Shown here one piece after another: positions 25,266 to 38,720 of a stretch of DNA of 64,000 nt. The notes under the pieces were generated by a model. It ran no database searches. It worked only from the letters and a program-made list of their open reading frames with translations, and had not been told where the DNA came from. Both the position numbers and the translations under genes were made by a program. Within the stretch, counting starts at the first letter, position 1. Each line of letters opens with the position of its first letter. Source of the stretch: Octopus sinensis. Its lineage: Eukaryota. The stretch covers positions 13,578,001 through 13,642,000 of the forward strand of contig NC_043012.1 of NCBI RefSeq assembly GCF_006345805.1, read 5' to 3'.

Positions 25266-26495
25266 ATAAATTACTGACTTGATAGTCTATGTTTTGTAAT
25301 CCGGTGTTTTCGGCGGATTGTTGAATTACAAATTTTGTTGAATATCTGTTAATCAAAAATAATAACTGTTGATTTATGAAATCCTACTATTTAACACATA
25401 TACACAATCTTATTCAAGATATTTTGCTCCAAGTTTCATTTCCTAGTCAAACTATTTATTATTCTTATTGAAACTGAAGAGTTATGGTTGCTAATTTATC
25501 TCGAATTATGTCTGCTAGTTTACACATATAAATCAAAAATGTGAGATTGTAATCTTCCAATACTAGCATACACATCTATTGCCTGTATGCTTAATGAAAT
25601 AACTGTGATCGTCAGAACGTCATTTACATACATTAGTACATTAATACGAGTGTCTCATTGGTTCATTTGATTATTGAAAATATAAATGGAATTTTAGTGA
25701 GAATTCTTTTAACTTATATTAGAGTATGCAGTGAAATATGGGATGGAAGGGTGTTGAAATATATTCTTCATATTTATAAACTTAATACTCATTAAATTAT
25801 ACAACTCAGTTCTTGTTTTTACGTTCCAGTAGTATCTTATGAATCTCGCGTATTATGGATGCCTTTCGAAGAATAGCAATTCCGTTTGATACCGGTTAGG
25901 TACAGTTACTCTAGTCTTAATGAAAAAAAACATGGCATAACATTGAAAATGAAATAAAGTAATTGAAGCTTTCTAATAACGACCGACTTCATTCGAAAGG
26001 AAAGACGGAAAACCTGATACACATACGAAGAAATCTCGACTGATGACATTTCAGGATAAATATTCAATTTCAAAATTGAACTTCGAACTAGAAGCAAAAA
26101 GTAACTAGAAAAAAATATAGGATCAGCCAGTGGCAAGTATTTGAACGAGAGAGACAAATACAAGTATATAAAATTCAATAAGACATAAATTCTTGATTTA
26201 TTTAATGCATGACGTATCACATTTACCCAATGTGAAATCAATACAAGCTTCACTTCAGATGGAGAAATAATCGCTAGAGTCGAGCATTCCCAAACCTGAG
26301 ATGTCATTATTTAAAGAGGAAAGACCATTGATTGGAGACATAGATGACAGTCACAAACATGTGCGTCTCGTTTAATAACTGTCATGTGCTCGGCAGTTGT
26401 CCCGCCTTACCTCCAGTAACTAAGGGACATATAAAATTTCTAATTGAATTAGTAAGTGTTAATGGAAACGGCTGCAAGAAACGAAGATGGCTAAT

Positions 26496-26584
<89 letters not shown>

Positions 26585-26620
26585 CATACATATATACACG
26601 CACGCACACGCACACACACA

Positions 26621-26697
<77 letters not shown>

Positions 26698-26906
26698 TCT
26701 TTCAAATGATGTACATATATTGTATATTAAGAAGGAGGATGTAGTCAGAATTTTGGATAATACGTTATTAACCTTTTCGTTCGTTCACTCGAACTTTACA
26801 AGATAGTGAACAGAGAATTTCTGCCGCCTTTTATATACAATATATGTACATCCTTTAATACATACAAACATACATGCACACACATACACACACCCCCACA
26901 CACACA

Positions 26907-26974
<68 letters not shown>

Positions 26975-27004
26975 TATATATTAGTTTACGTGTGTAGGAA
27001 TATA

Positions 27005-27170
27005 TAAGCGTGGCTGTGTGCTGCAAGTGTCGGCCTAGCAGTATAGTATGAAGCTTAGTTCCCAATCCCATGGATACGGTTTCCGTACCACTACGCGGCA
27101 TATTGGGTGAGTGTCTTCAAATATAGAATCGTGTCAGCCAAAGTCTCCAAAGTGGATTTGGCAGACGTCT
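27005..27170 (+). mobile_element. Decayed SINE family 1 5' half
   Basis: GCGTGGCTGTGTG..GTACCACTACGCGGCATATTGGGTGAGTGTCTTC..AGTGGATTTGGCAGACG. Confidence 0.55.
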
Positions 27171-27514
27171 ATCTCTCTCTGTCTCTCTCTGTCTCTCTGT
27201 CTCTCTCTCTCTCTCTCTCTGTCTATCTATCTCTCTCTATATATCTCTCCCTCTCTATCTCGATCTCTCAATATCTATCTCTCCCTCTCTATCTCGATCT
27301 CTCAATATCTGTGTGTGTGTGTGTGTGTGAGCGTGTGTGAATTTGGAAGAAACATGTATGTGTATATGAGTGCTTGTATGACAGTGTAATCGGAAAGAAC
27401 GTGCGTGTGTGTTCTTGTGGGGGCGGGGTTGCTTTGTTAGCAGGGTAAAAACAAAATTCAGTAGGGAAAAGGAGGAGCGAATGTTTGAATTGGAGTAAAT
27501 TAATAATTGATGTA

Positions 27515-28321
27515 TATATTCCAATGTGGTGCCCTTTGCAAGAAAATCCATGCTTACTCTTCCACGCTGGACCCAAAAGTCTGTGAGCATCACCATGCCT
27601 GCTGAGGTTTGGACACACGCCTTATTTAGAGGTGGTGATTCATCATGCTTCCATTGCTTCGACTAGACTTTCCTTTCAGGAATATAGAGATAGTACCATG
27701 ATTCATCCTGTGTGATAAGTCTACCGACAAAGTCCTCCTCGTTTTCTTGGCATATTGACAAAAGGGCCTGGGAGCAATTGACTCGTTCCTGCCTCTGAAA
27801 AGTTCTGATCATCTGGGGAATCCATCGTGCAGACAACTTACGCATGTACAAATGGTTGTGAATGATTTTTTCCACGGACCCTACACTTATTTATACTTCT
27901 TGCGCTGGTCGGCGCAGGAAATCGCCCAAAATGGCGGCTTCCATTTTATGGATGGTGTCGTCTTCAATGGCGGAATATGTTTGTCCAGAAATAGGAGCAG
28001 TTACCATAGATATCCGACCACATTTGGATTGGAAATGCCAGTGCTTCACTACGTCGTATGATGGTGCATTGTCAGAATAAACTTATTGCATCTCGTCGAA
28101 ATTCTCTTTTGGTGTACAACCTTTCACGTATAAGAACCTAACCACTGATCTGCATTCAACTGCCTCCATAATAGCAGACGTAAATGTCAAATGGATACGA
28201 GTTGTAAGCTGCAATTTACACAATGACGTGTAGACACATGTATGACTATACCTGTACAAATTCCGTTTCCTGCAATAACCGTAAGTAGGACAGGGGAAAA
28301 TTTTAATGAACACTCCTTGTA
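27515..28321 (-). mobile_element. Mariner transposon relic (left TIR + ~5' two thirds of transposase)
   Basis: TIR-like TACAAGGAGTGTTCATTAAAATTTTCC; MEAVECRSVVRFLYVKGCTPKENFDEM; MRKLSARWIPQMI..RLITQDESWYYLY (first catalytic D); SAGMVMLTDFWVQRG..DFLAKGTT. Confidence 0.85.
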
Positions 28322-28440
28322 ATACTGGTTTCAAATTTTGGCACAAGGCCAGCAATTGCGGGGAGTGGGTATGCTGATCATATCGACCCCAGTGCTCCAT
28401 CGGTAGTTTGTTTTAACGACCTCAAAAGGAGGAAAGGCCT
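28322..28440 (-). mobile_element. SINE family 2, 3' part
   Basis: TTTTGGCACAAGGCCAGCAATT..ATCGACCCCAGTGCT..AAAGGAGGAAAGGC. Confidence 0.7.
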
Positions 28441-30959
28441 GACTTGTAACGTAATATTAACTGGTTGCACGCTAAAATGTTGCCACTAAACTATAACAAC
28501 AAAGCATAGAGGATGGAGAAATGACATGTAAGGATGGAAGTACGAGTAATTATGCCATTTCCATCTTGCCCATGAATTTCTGTCGTAGAATACTTGCTTT
28601 AAACACATCATCAATTATTGTCAACTGTCGAGATTACTGTTAGGTTGTGATGTATTACTACAGCTCTTCCTGTACTTGATGTAAATTTACAATTAGCTAC
28701 TTTCTTCAACATTTTAAGTGATGTGTTGAATTGTATAACATTAGACTTATCATGCTTATTAGGTCTCATTTCTGCAGATCTATTTACAATTTAAACAGTT
28801 TTCATGTATCGTTCTTTCAAATATAACAGAGAAACATCAATTAGAAATTAGTTTGTTAAATAATTAACAATTGATATTTGTGTTGTTTACAACAAGAATT
28901 CATAGTTATTATGCCAGTCTAAACCCAAGAATAAAACGTTTTCGCTTTAGATTATATTCTATCGTCGATTAATAACGCCACAACTCTAGGGAATGTCTCT
29001 AGGGAATGTCATCTGAACGAAGCCTCTTCAAAATTATTTCTTTACGAAAGTATCATTGCAAACAAATGGCTTCTATTGACTTTTGATTTAATTCCGAAAA
29101 CAATTCTAAATACATTTTCACCTTTTTCATTGAACGCTAAATTTAACATTCGTTTTGTTTGCCTCCGTATAATTCTGTTAAGTTTCCTTCGGGAAAAGAC
29201 CATCAAAGAGCATTAGAAAGGCTTCTCAATTTTGATGATATATTTTAGTTTAATTATTTTAATTGGAATACGTGAGACTTTCTAATGTCTTGTGTAAATG
29301 GTTATGTTTATAAGCTTAAATGACAAACACGTCAGCGCAGGGTCAAATCTCTGCATTACTATTAGTCTGGTCACTGCTCATTCGAACTGGGTAACTTCAT
29401 GTCTGTCTGGCACACTTGTGTCGGTCATATTTTCCCCTCTTGCCTTTTCTATTTTGTGAGTCGACCAGATCTTCAAGGACCAATAAGCCCAGTGCTTTAC
29501 AACGAATATGTCGGTTTTCTGTGATTGCCTCGCTGCCCTTTATTTTCTTCTGTAGTCCTAAACGTTTAATTGTTCAAGATAAAACCTTAAGTACCATGGT
29601 TCTCTGTGATGTACCCGAATCTGTAAATGCAATACCAAGAATTTAGTTATCTAGAATGACCTATTAGCACAAACGCACAAAAAAATTAAGGAGGACAGAA
29701 AAGTTGCATTGCAAGAGAAATTCTGAATTATTTATAACAAAATGATATGTAATAATATGTTAAAAATATTGAAGCCGCTGTTTCTCTATATTCCAGCATC
29801 TCATGTCATCATTTTTGAGGAATAGGTCACTTACTTGGAAATATTCTTCGCTTTGACTTGAGCAAGATCTGGATTTGTTGTTTAAATACTCAAATTTTGG
29901 TAATAATGTATTAAAGAAATTGCAGAGGAAATTCGTTTTGTGAGGCCATACAACCCAAATCTGTAATCGGCAGACATGGTAAATCTCTGAATTTACGATG
30001 TTGCTTGCATGGAATGTCTGAAGAATTGTAGTTATAAACAATTCTGAAGTCAGATGAAAATGTGAGTTGAGTTTGTGATTAAGCATTTACATGGTTTATT
30101 GAACACTACTCTATAAACATGGTTGTTATTTGGAAGCTTTATTGGTGATAATACTTCCCACACTTTCCCCTCGTACTTTTGGCAACCAAGTTCAAGAAGA
30201 GTACTGACAATAGTCTGATATTAATTTTTGTGTTGTTTTGTCTTTTTGCTTGTTTTTTTGTAAAGATATACAAAAGGAAATCTTAAACAAAATTCTTTCA
30301 CTGAAACGAAACCGCTTATTTGTATGGTCAAAAGTCAATGTTGTAATTTCAGCTTGTAAATTGCATAATTAAACATATATACAATTCACTGCATACATGC
30401 TTACATCCAAAACGTTCGTGAGGTAGGTACTAGAAGACATATGCTGGCGCATTCAATAACTATTTATGGTCATTTAACAAATATAACTTCACAAGTTTCT
30501 GAAATGCATTTTTTAGAATACATAGGTTTTCAAATCTTCATATCGGTGTTTTAGGTATTTCTTTGTCTAACATATTTTCTCTAACCTCCTTTAAGTGTTC
30601 TTATTCAACTCACAACAGATATGTCACGGACACCTTAAACTTCTTCCCTTCTCTCTCTCTCTCTCTCTCTCTCTCGTTTCATTTCACCTACTTGCTATCA
30701 ATCTATCTGGATGTATACACGCACGATTGCGAGTGTATGCGTGTCTGTGTATACATAGTACATACATACGTACGTACATACATACATACATACATACATA
30801 CATACATACATACATACATACATACATACATACCTATTGACCATATAGACCTAAATTTTAGCAGGCATGCGGGGAAAAACTATTGTTCAGCAAAGGTTTA
30901 GCATGGGTAAAAAATTCGCATAATGACGAATTATTTGATGTATCACGTGGCATATGATA

Positions 30960-32060
30960 GTACTGGCGTCTGTGATCTTATCGATTTATCTATATTAAAC
31001 ACATTGAGGTATAAATACCCATCTCATGACGTTGTCCTATAACGTAACAACGGTTTGAGTATTGCCCATGGGTGTGATGGTCACACCCTTGATTTATTTA
31101 GAAAGCAGCTTATTTCTACCTTTAAGCAATTAGGACTTAAAACTATAGTAGCCACTAATCTCTCTATAGTTTATCATTTAGATGTTTCCCTAGATCTAAA
31201 CCCTTCTTCGGGTAAACCTTTGCATAAGCCTAATGAGAAATTTGCATATATACATAAACAGTCTTGTCATCCTCCAGAAATATTTAAAAGCCTGATAATA
31301 ATAACAGAGTGTCCAGTCTCTCTCCTTTGAAAGAAATTTTCGAGAAAGCTTCCCCTATTATAACAATGCCCTAACCAATAGTAGCTTCAATGATAGACTA
31401 ATATATAATCTCTCTAATGATAATCAAAATATTAATAATATATTTAGTAGCATGAAAGTTAAAGTAATACATAACCCCTCTAGTATTCATCAAAGTGATA
31501 ATCAGAATCCTAAAGTTAGCCATGGAAAATTATTTGGTTGCCCTCCCTCTTCCCTTAATATAAAAAGTAACGTAAGTAAGAAATTCCTGTCTCATCTAAA
31601 CGAACAGTTTCAATCAACTCACAAATGCAGGAAAATATTTAATGGACGTTCTGTAAAATATAGCTCCTGCCCCAGTATGAAGAGTATCATTACAAGTGGT
31701 CAATCCCAAGAGCCTAAATCCAGCAGCCTGTCCATTTAACTAACGATGTATGGTTTAAATCTATCATATATGAAGCAGAAGTTACTTCAACGCTAAATAA
31801 TACTATAACTGATGAGAAGAGCTATACTGAATTATGTGAAAGAGAATTTAAACATCGCTATGCCAATTACATACACACTTCCGGCATATGGACAAAAGTC
31901 AAAGCCAGTAATTTGTCTCGTTATGTGCATGGATCGAATAAATGTAGGTTTTGTTTTGCTGAAAGAGCGCAAATCCTATTCAGATCTAAGATACCTAACT
32001 TTCTATCGAACTCTAGGTCAGAGATTTTCAGTTATTGCAAACATATTTATAAATATTGAT
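30960..32060 (+). mobile_element. Penelope-like element, decayed (RT C-terminal half + GIY-YIG endonuclease)
   Basis: GVCDLI..NNGLSI..DGHTLDLFRKQLISTFKQLGLK..HLDVSLDLN..KPLHKPNE..YIHKQSCHPP; PPSSLNIKSNVSKKFL..KIFNGRSVKYSSCPSMKSII; SIIYEAEVT..KSYTELCEREFKHRYAN; NSRSEIFSYCKH. Confidence 0.85.
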
Positions 32061-32479
32061 AGAAGAATTGGAAAAATCAGCCTAATCCTGATTAACTTGA
32101 TATATTTCCAGCCTTATCATTTAAGGTCTAAGGAAGGTCTTTTATCTTTTTACCTTTTACTTTTTACATTCTAGTGTTTGTGGTTTTGTTTCTCGCTTTT
32201 CGTTTACCGTATATTACTCTTTTCTATATAAGCTGTTATCTGAGTTTTTTCGCGTTTCTTCTATAAAATAAATAATATTTATCTCTCACTGATATTTTAC
32301 CATTATTGTGGCTTATCAAAATAGCATGCACACAGATGACTTGGAAAAGAATATAAATCGCTGGACTGGGATATATTTGCAAATAGAGTACAGCTACTTT
32401 TAATTCGTAATTTAAATTTCTGCCGCATGTGCTACTCTGCAGTACATCATGAATAGATTTCACTCAGTTGATAAATCTA

Positions 32480-32945
32480 AGTAGTCATCAAATCTAAGTA
32501 GAGACTTCAAACTTGAAATCTTCAAAGCCACAGTCGAACCAATTCTACTATATGGCTCAGAAACCTCTCAAAGAAGCTTGAGAGGCGGTTGGATGGAACC
32601 TACACTCGCATCCTTATGAGAGCTCAAAATCTCTCGTGGAAGCGCCATCCAACCAAAATGCAAATATATAGGAAACTACCACCTGCGTCATCTTTTGTGA
32701 AAGGTAAAAGAATCCAGTTTGCTGGACATTGTTGTAGAGCTGAAAAAGAGGTAATTTCTACTCTTCTCCTCTGGAAGCCATCTACACGCAATACCAGAGG
32801 GCGCACACTCTCCTACCCTGATGTAATCTCCAGGGATACAGGCATCCAGCAACAGGACCTCCGTAATGCCATGATGGACCGTGAAGTCTGGCGTAGCATG
32901 GTAAATTCCATTGCCTCGACCACGGTCGAACAATGATGATGATTT
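32480..32945 (+). mobile_element. RTE-clade LINE 3' end with (TGA)n tail
   Basis: NLSRDFKLEIFKATVEPILLYGSE..LDGTYTRILMRAQNLSWKRHPT..RIQFAGHCCR..REVWRSMV; ends CAATGATGATGAT. Confidence 0.85.
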
Positions 32946-35819
32946 TGACGTTGATAAATTACTTTGTCTATATTTCGTGCTCTTATAAGATGCGTACAGT
33001 TAGATATAGTTTGATATCATTATGCAGATTTCGTCTTCAAATTATTATTCTTTTGTTTTTCTCACTTAAGATCAGATTTTTTCGTGAGTGAATATATGCG
33101 AGTATTTTGTTGTCTATTTAATTTCTGTTACCTCATATTCAATAACTCAACTATTTGACTTTTTGAGATGTTCACGTCTTTGTGATATTTGAAGCAATCA
33201 TCCGATATTTTGTCACATTGTTAATCGAGAACAATTAACTTTCAAGCGTGCTATTAATTGAATTAATTCAATTTAATCTGCCCAAATCTATTCATATGTT
33301 TTAAAGGCCAAAAGATTTTGTTGAATTATATTCTACTCAACTAAAATATTATGATACCAAAATACAATGACTATCGAAAATTGAGACAATATTTAATAAA
33401 TAATTATCTGGCTCATTGACTTGTTACATTCATGTCTTAATGAATGTATCGCCGAATGTTCTTTTTACAATATATCTTACTTATTTTATTCAATAGTAAA
33501 TGTTATGTACTATTGAACAAGATTTTTGTCGTATTTATATCACTGTTCTGCTGCATGTATTTATATTTTAATTGAATTTATGATTCATTTAACTTTATAC
33601 ATGGTGTAATATGTTTATCATGTGTATTTTACGTAAGTGAAGTTTTAATTCTCGTATATTTTGTTAACTTGTCACTAATTGGAATATATTAGATATTTCA
33701 TTAATGTTGTATATGAAAACTCGTTTCAAAACCATATTTGTGAATCTAACAACAGATAATAGTGACTAGATAATTGTATATGTCTTATAATTACCACATA
33801 TTACTGGCCAGGGTCGTATAAACCAATGTTATCTGGTTTTGCTTTTAAAAAGAAGAAAAGCACGAGGTTTATTCTGCAATAGTCAATACACCAACAAATA
33901 TACTTAACGGAATATGTAAAACAGTCCATTTGAATTGGATGACATAATTGCTTCTAACCGAAAGATAATGGTTGAGTGAAATTTAACTTCATCACGTGTA
34001 TTCAATTGCATGATAAGGAAACCGCAGTGAAATACATATCATCTATATAGGAACCTATGTTACCATAAAGAAAACGTGTTTAGAGGTACATTGTATATAT
34101 GATACTATTTTTAAAACTTGTTAAACAGTCGGCACGATTTTTATTTTTATTTTTCTATTTCCCACATGTTAAGTGGGAAATATAGTCTCGCATACGATCA
34201 CGTAAGGCTAGGAATATCAAAACACGTGATGAAGTTATGTAGAATTAAACAAATATCAATTTCATTTGCTTCCTTGGCAGTTTTCGCAAATACCAAAGTA
34301 TGATTTCATAACTCAACAGACAACACTGTTTTCTGGCTAATCATGTAATGGGGAACTGATTTAACCAGAAAAGTTACAGGGTTTGAGAAATTAGTGTTAA
34401 TGCATTTGATAAGGTAATAAGTACTATTACAGGCAAGAGAAGTGATAGATATGAACGTTATAATGGCAAATATTCACAAGTTTTCCATTTGAGGGATACA
34501 TTCGTAGATACATTCAAACAAAAAAAAAACTGCAAAATAGAAATTAACTGTATGAATATGAATTTCTGGTGTGTTTATATGATTTATTAAAACAGAAAGC
34601 TAAAACAGGTACAAAAGAAACTGTAAAAAGGAAATTTCATAGCGCATATATTACCTTACGGGTTCTAGAATCAGCATTTAATCGCGTGTAAAATTTTCTC
34701 AACGGTTAAGAGAATTTATGTAGCACGCTATGATTTAATTTGAAAATTATATCTCATATATCTCATCTGAAAAAATATGCGTCTCTTAAACCATAAAATA
34801 AAATCCACAGTGAAGAAGTAGCAGTTTCATACATCATAATTAGCGTAGTTAAAATATGATAGCTGACATGTGCGCCAATGTTCCATCGATCAATTCACGA
34901 TGCAACGGTATGCTACAACGAGTTCATACATCATTTTAATAAAATCTACACACAAAAATATTTCTCTGTAGGTAATTTCAGTGGGCGAAAAGAGATCGAA
35001 AACAAAGCTAGAACCGTTGTATCTTATAACACTCACACAACAGTCAATCATACAAATACATTTAAGGAAGATAAAGAAATAAGTTTCTCATGTATCACTT
35101 TTATGGTTTATATACTTCTGCACAATTCTTGATGATGCATTTCGCATTAGCCAACTCTGATTCTCTCTTTCTCTCTCTCCGTAAGCTACTATGCTTACTA
35201 GCTTACAATTTACAGAATATATCATCAAACAGGAAGTTGAACATTTGCACTATTTTTTTTTCTTTGTTTCTTCAGATATAAAGTGAAACAGCATTACCTA
35301 AAACATTATGAAACATATCAACCAAAAGCCAAGAAAATTGAAAGTACGAAAATGTAATTTTGTTAACTTATTCAAAGGAATAAGCTAATATAAATTCAAA
35401 TTACTTCTGTTACCAAAATGAAAGAGAAGCGAAATTTTCAAGGCAATAGAAACCATCAAATTATTTGCGAACTTTGGAAATTAAATAAAGATTAGTCATT
35501 TGCTTCAGGTGAGCGGTATTGGTTAGTTGGAAGGCTGGATAAGAGAAGATATATACTACGCGCTAGCACAGGAAATTCTTGGATGCTGTAGGAATTACTT
35601 ATCCTTCTTTTATTTAGTGTTGAGGAGGAGGAGGCATGTGGTGAGTTCAACACATTTAAGTTTTGTCTTGAAATATGGAGGTGATAACTTTACAAAATAA
35701 AAAGGCAAAAGAAAGCAGAAATGATAAAAAATGAAAGGAAATTTATTACTAAGGGGAAAATTCCAGTGAGTAGACGTTTTAGGGATGAAACAATAATTGC
35801 TATGAGGCATAGGGAAATA

Positions 35820-36047
35820 TCACATATTCACGAGGAAAATAATAAACAATTTCTGTCCAGGTACACTGTCCCAGAAATTCGTCTTACTAATGCATCTAGC
35901 GTCACTGAAACCACCGATTGCACTTCTGACAACGCCTTGGGAGACGCATTCCCCAACAGCATTCCAGCTTCTGGTAACCATCTTGGTTTTCATGTGACTC
36001 TTCATTCGGTAATCTGAGCCTGAATGAGCTAGGTGTCTGTAAGGATC
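35820..36047. other. Candidate host exon (GC-elevated island; strand unresolved)
   Basis: Plus: TTTCTGTCCAG|G TAC ACT..TCT G|GTAACC (35861-35973, YTVPEIRLTNASSVTETTDCTSDNALGDAFPNSIPAS). Minus: TTATTTCACAG|GAT CCT.. open for ~75 codons (DPYRHLAHSGSDYRMKSHMK..). No protein recognised. Confidence 0.25.
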
Positions 36048-36055
36048 CTGTGAAA

Positions 36056-36068
36056 TAATAATGATAAT

Positions 36069-36099
<31 letters not shown>

Positions 36100-36207
36100 A
36101 TAATATCAACAACAACAATAATAATAATATAATATTAGGTATTCAATAATAATAATGATGATGATGATGATGATGATGATAACAACAACAACAACAACAA
36201 CAACAAC

Positions 36208-36265
<58 letters not shown>
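36056..36265. repeat. (TAA)/(GAT)/(CAA) microsatellite array
   Basis: Direct reading. Confidence 0.95.
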
Positions 36266-36266
<1 letters not shown>

Positions 36267-36269
36267 TAA

Positions 36270-36750
36270 TAATAGGAATTCGATATGAATGGAGGACTCC
36301 ACATAAGAGCCGGTGTAGCAAAATTACACCTAGAAAGAAAGGAAGACAGAAGAGGGTTAATACCAGTAGAAGACGGCGTGGAGTTAGCTAGAGGAGATAT
36401 AGACTCCTATGTAGGTAATAAAGAAGAAAGTTTATCAAAATCCGATTGGATCACAGCAAGACATAGGGAAACAAAAAGGAAACCAAACGAAGTGGAATAT
36501 CAGAAAGAAGAACAGAAATTATCTGATAGGCAGGAGAAGGCGTTGCATTGTAAATTCCCAAAGATAGATGCTGAAAAGGTATTAGTGAAGTATGGTTATG
36601 GTTACAGAAAGGAAAGCTGGAAAGGAAGGCAGAAAGTGTTTTAGTAAATGTACAACCTCGAGCATTAAGTACTAATTAGATACAAGCCAATATAGACAAA
36701 ATCCAAGTAGCTTCTCAATGTAGGTTATGCAAATCACAAGAGTTTTGCTC
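36270..36750 (+). mobile_element. R4/Dong-like LINE internal fragment (post-RT region to CCHC)
   Basis: MNGGLHIRAGVAKLHLERKEDRRGLIPVED (compare GxLHPxSDVDRLYLPRKEGGRGL), EKALHCKF, QPRALSTN..IDK..CRLCK; (TAA)n on both sides. Confidence 0.8.
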
Positions 36751-36795
<45 letters not shown>

Positions 36796-37350
36796 GCCCT
36801 TATGCAGTACCAGACAGTGGCTCTCATGGCTTCTGATCTTAACTGATCGGAAGTGTTATCATGTACACTGTTTTGTCTTGGTATAAAAGATGGGCTACAG
36901 CGAATATTCTGCTCAATACCACAAATTTGCTTGGCAGTTGTTTGACCTTACTCAGGTGAGCATGTCCCTTAGTGGCTGATGATATGTGCATCTCTGATCA
37001 TGAGCAGAAGTATTAGAGGAGCATCATAGCCGTGTGACGAAAGGAATTCGTAGAGGTTTCGATAAATCACCTTTGGAAACATGGGTGTTTCGTTCAACAT
37101 CCTTAAACAATCGTTATTCAGGGACCATTTCAGCGGGATGTGCTACTCGACCAGAAGAAAATTCTAACTGGGCCCCACCTGCAAGATCGTGCGCTGTTTA
37201 TCTTGATATGAGATCACCATGTCGCGCACAGATGGTTGTGATGCATGTGCCTGGTGTACCCTTATAAGACATGTAGTCATGATGGGTATACTGGGCTTCG
37301 TATAGTTTACACCAGTGTCACTTTGATGGCATGAACTGCTCTCTCACTCA
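36796..37350 (+). mobile_element. ~555-bp non-coding retroposon-like element between (TAA)n tracts
   Basis: High identity (reverse complement) to 45274-45739 and 45776-46115; all three share the end ..GGCATGAACTGCTCTCTCACTCA(ATA)n. Confidence 0.8.
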
Positions 37351-37367
37351 ATAATAATAATAATAAT

Positions 37368-37845
37368 GGGATATGCCGATACACACAGATAGAGAAATTA
37401 AGGCCAACAGACCAGATATAGTTGTCAGAGATCATGAAGGAGAAAATGTTTCCTAATTGATGTATCAATACCAGCGGATGACAGCGTGTCTCTAAATGTC
37501 TCTCTAAAATAAATGGAGAAACTTTCAAAATACAAAGACCTGGAAATAGAGGTAACCAGAATGTGGAATCTAAAAACAGAAACAATTCCTATCATAATAG
37601 GTGCATTAGGCATGATAAAAAAATATTCAGACAAATACATAACAAAACACCAGGACATACAAACACATATAACATACAGAAAATTGCTCTACTAGGCACT
37701 GCACACATCCTACGCAGAACACTTTCCATACAATAACCAGCAGAGCATCACAACAAATCACAGCACATACCCAAGGCACACAGAGCTGCGCTCGGTAGTG
37801 AAGTGAAAGCACGCTATAAAAATAAAACTACTGAAAATGATAATA
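37368..37845 (+). mobile_element. R4/Dong-like LINE 3' end (RLE domain + 3' UTR), second subfamily
   Basis: (W)DMPIHTDREIKANRPDIVVRDH..FLIDVSIPADD..EKLSKYKDLEIEVTRMWNLKTETIPIIIGALG..IQKIALLGTAHILRRTLSIQ*; (TAA)n tail. Confidence 0.9.
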
Positions 37846-37878
37846 ATAATAATGATAATAATAATAATAATAATAATA

Positions 37879-37938
<60 letters not shown>

Positions 37939-37977
37939 GTTGTTGTTGTTGTTATTATTGTTGTTGTTGTTGTTTTT

Positions 37978-38072
<95 letters not shown>
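37846..38072. repeat. (TAA)n to (TTA)n/(GTT)n/(ATC)n array with strand switch
   Basis: Direct reading; lies between convergent Dong fragments. Confidence 0.95.
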
Positions 38073-38073
<1 letters not shown>

Positions 38074-38515
38074 TCGACTTAAGGATCAGCCTCAGTCTCC
38101 GCAAATAGTCCACCTTAAATTTTTCAGATATTTCTTTCTCCATCAATTTATCCATTTCCACTATCACTAAGTAATTATAGCCCGTCTCTTCACCTACTTC
38201 ATAACTTCTCCTGACGCTATCGCTAGCCTGTCCATACATTTGATTTTGCCTCTCTTCAAGACTAACACACCACACTTTTTCAGTCCGAACTCCATTCTGA
38301 TATAGCACTGAAAGTATACACTATATCAACGAGTGTACTGACTTGGGATTCATAAAGTTTGAGGTCATCCATAAATAACAAGTAGTTGTCGTTGTGTTGG
38401 CTGCTTTTGAATGCACACCCAGCCTTTGCTTTCCTCAGAATCAGTGTTTGTGGTATCATGCACAGTACAATGATGCCTCTACTGATTTCTATTGTCACTA
38501 AACTTCTATATTCTG
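38073..38515 (-). mobile_element. R4/Dong-like LINE reverse transcriptase fragment
   Basis: NYLLFMDDLKLYE (RT catalytic motif), YNYL, MEKEISEKFKVDYLRRLRLILKSK. Confidence 0.85.
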
Positions 38516-38541
38516 TGAGTTCCGTCCTCCTCTTCTTGTAA

Positions 38542-38720
38542 TCTAATATATATAAACCACAATATGTGTGTGCATATTGACTAACGCATACATTTCCACA
38601 ATTCTCTAAACTTTACAAACACGTTGCTTATGTCCCAGGAATAGTCCTGCATTATAATATTTTTCTCAAAGCCCTCGCGTAAATGGACAAGCCAGCGAAA
38701 TCTGTGGTTTACATGGGATT
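38542..38720 (+). mobile_element. Probable non-autonomous Helitron 5' end
   Basis: A|TCTAATATATATAAACC..TGTGTGTG start resembles the 5' termini of the other Helitrons here; no 3' end found. Confidence 0.35.

Noticed and set aside
29760-30086. Minus ORF ending at a perfect CAA|GTAAGT donor
   Set aside because: No recognisable peptide and no clear acceptor or partner exon.
31805-31825. CTGATGAG within the Penelope relic (also CTGATGAAAC at 54811 in the Helitron)
   Set aside because: Part of coding or Helitron internal sequence, with no hammerhead helices.
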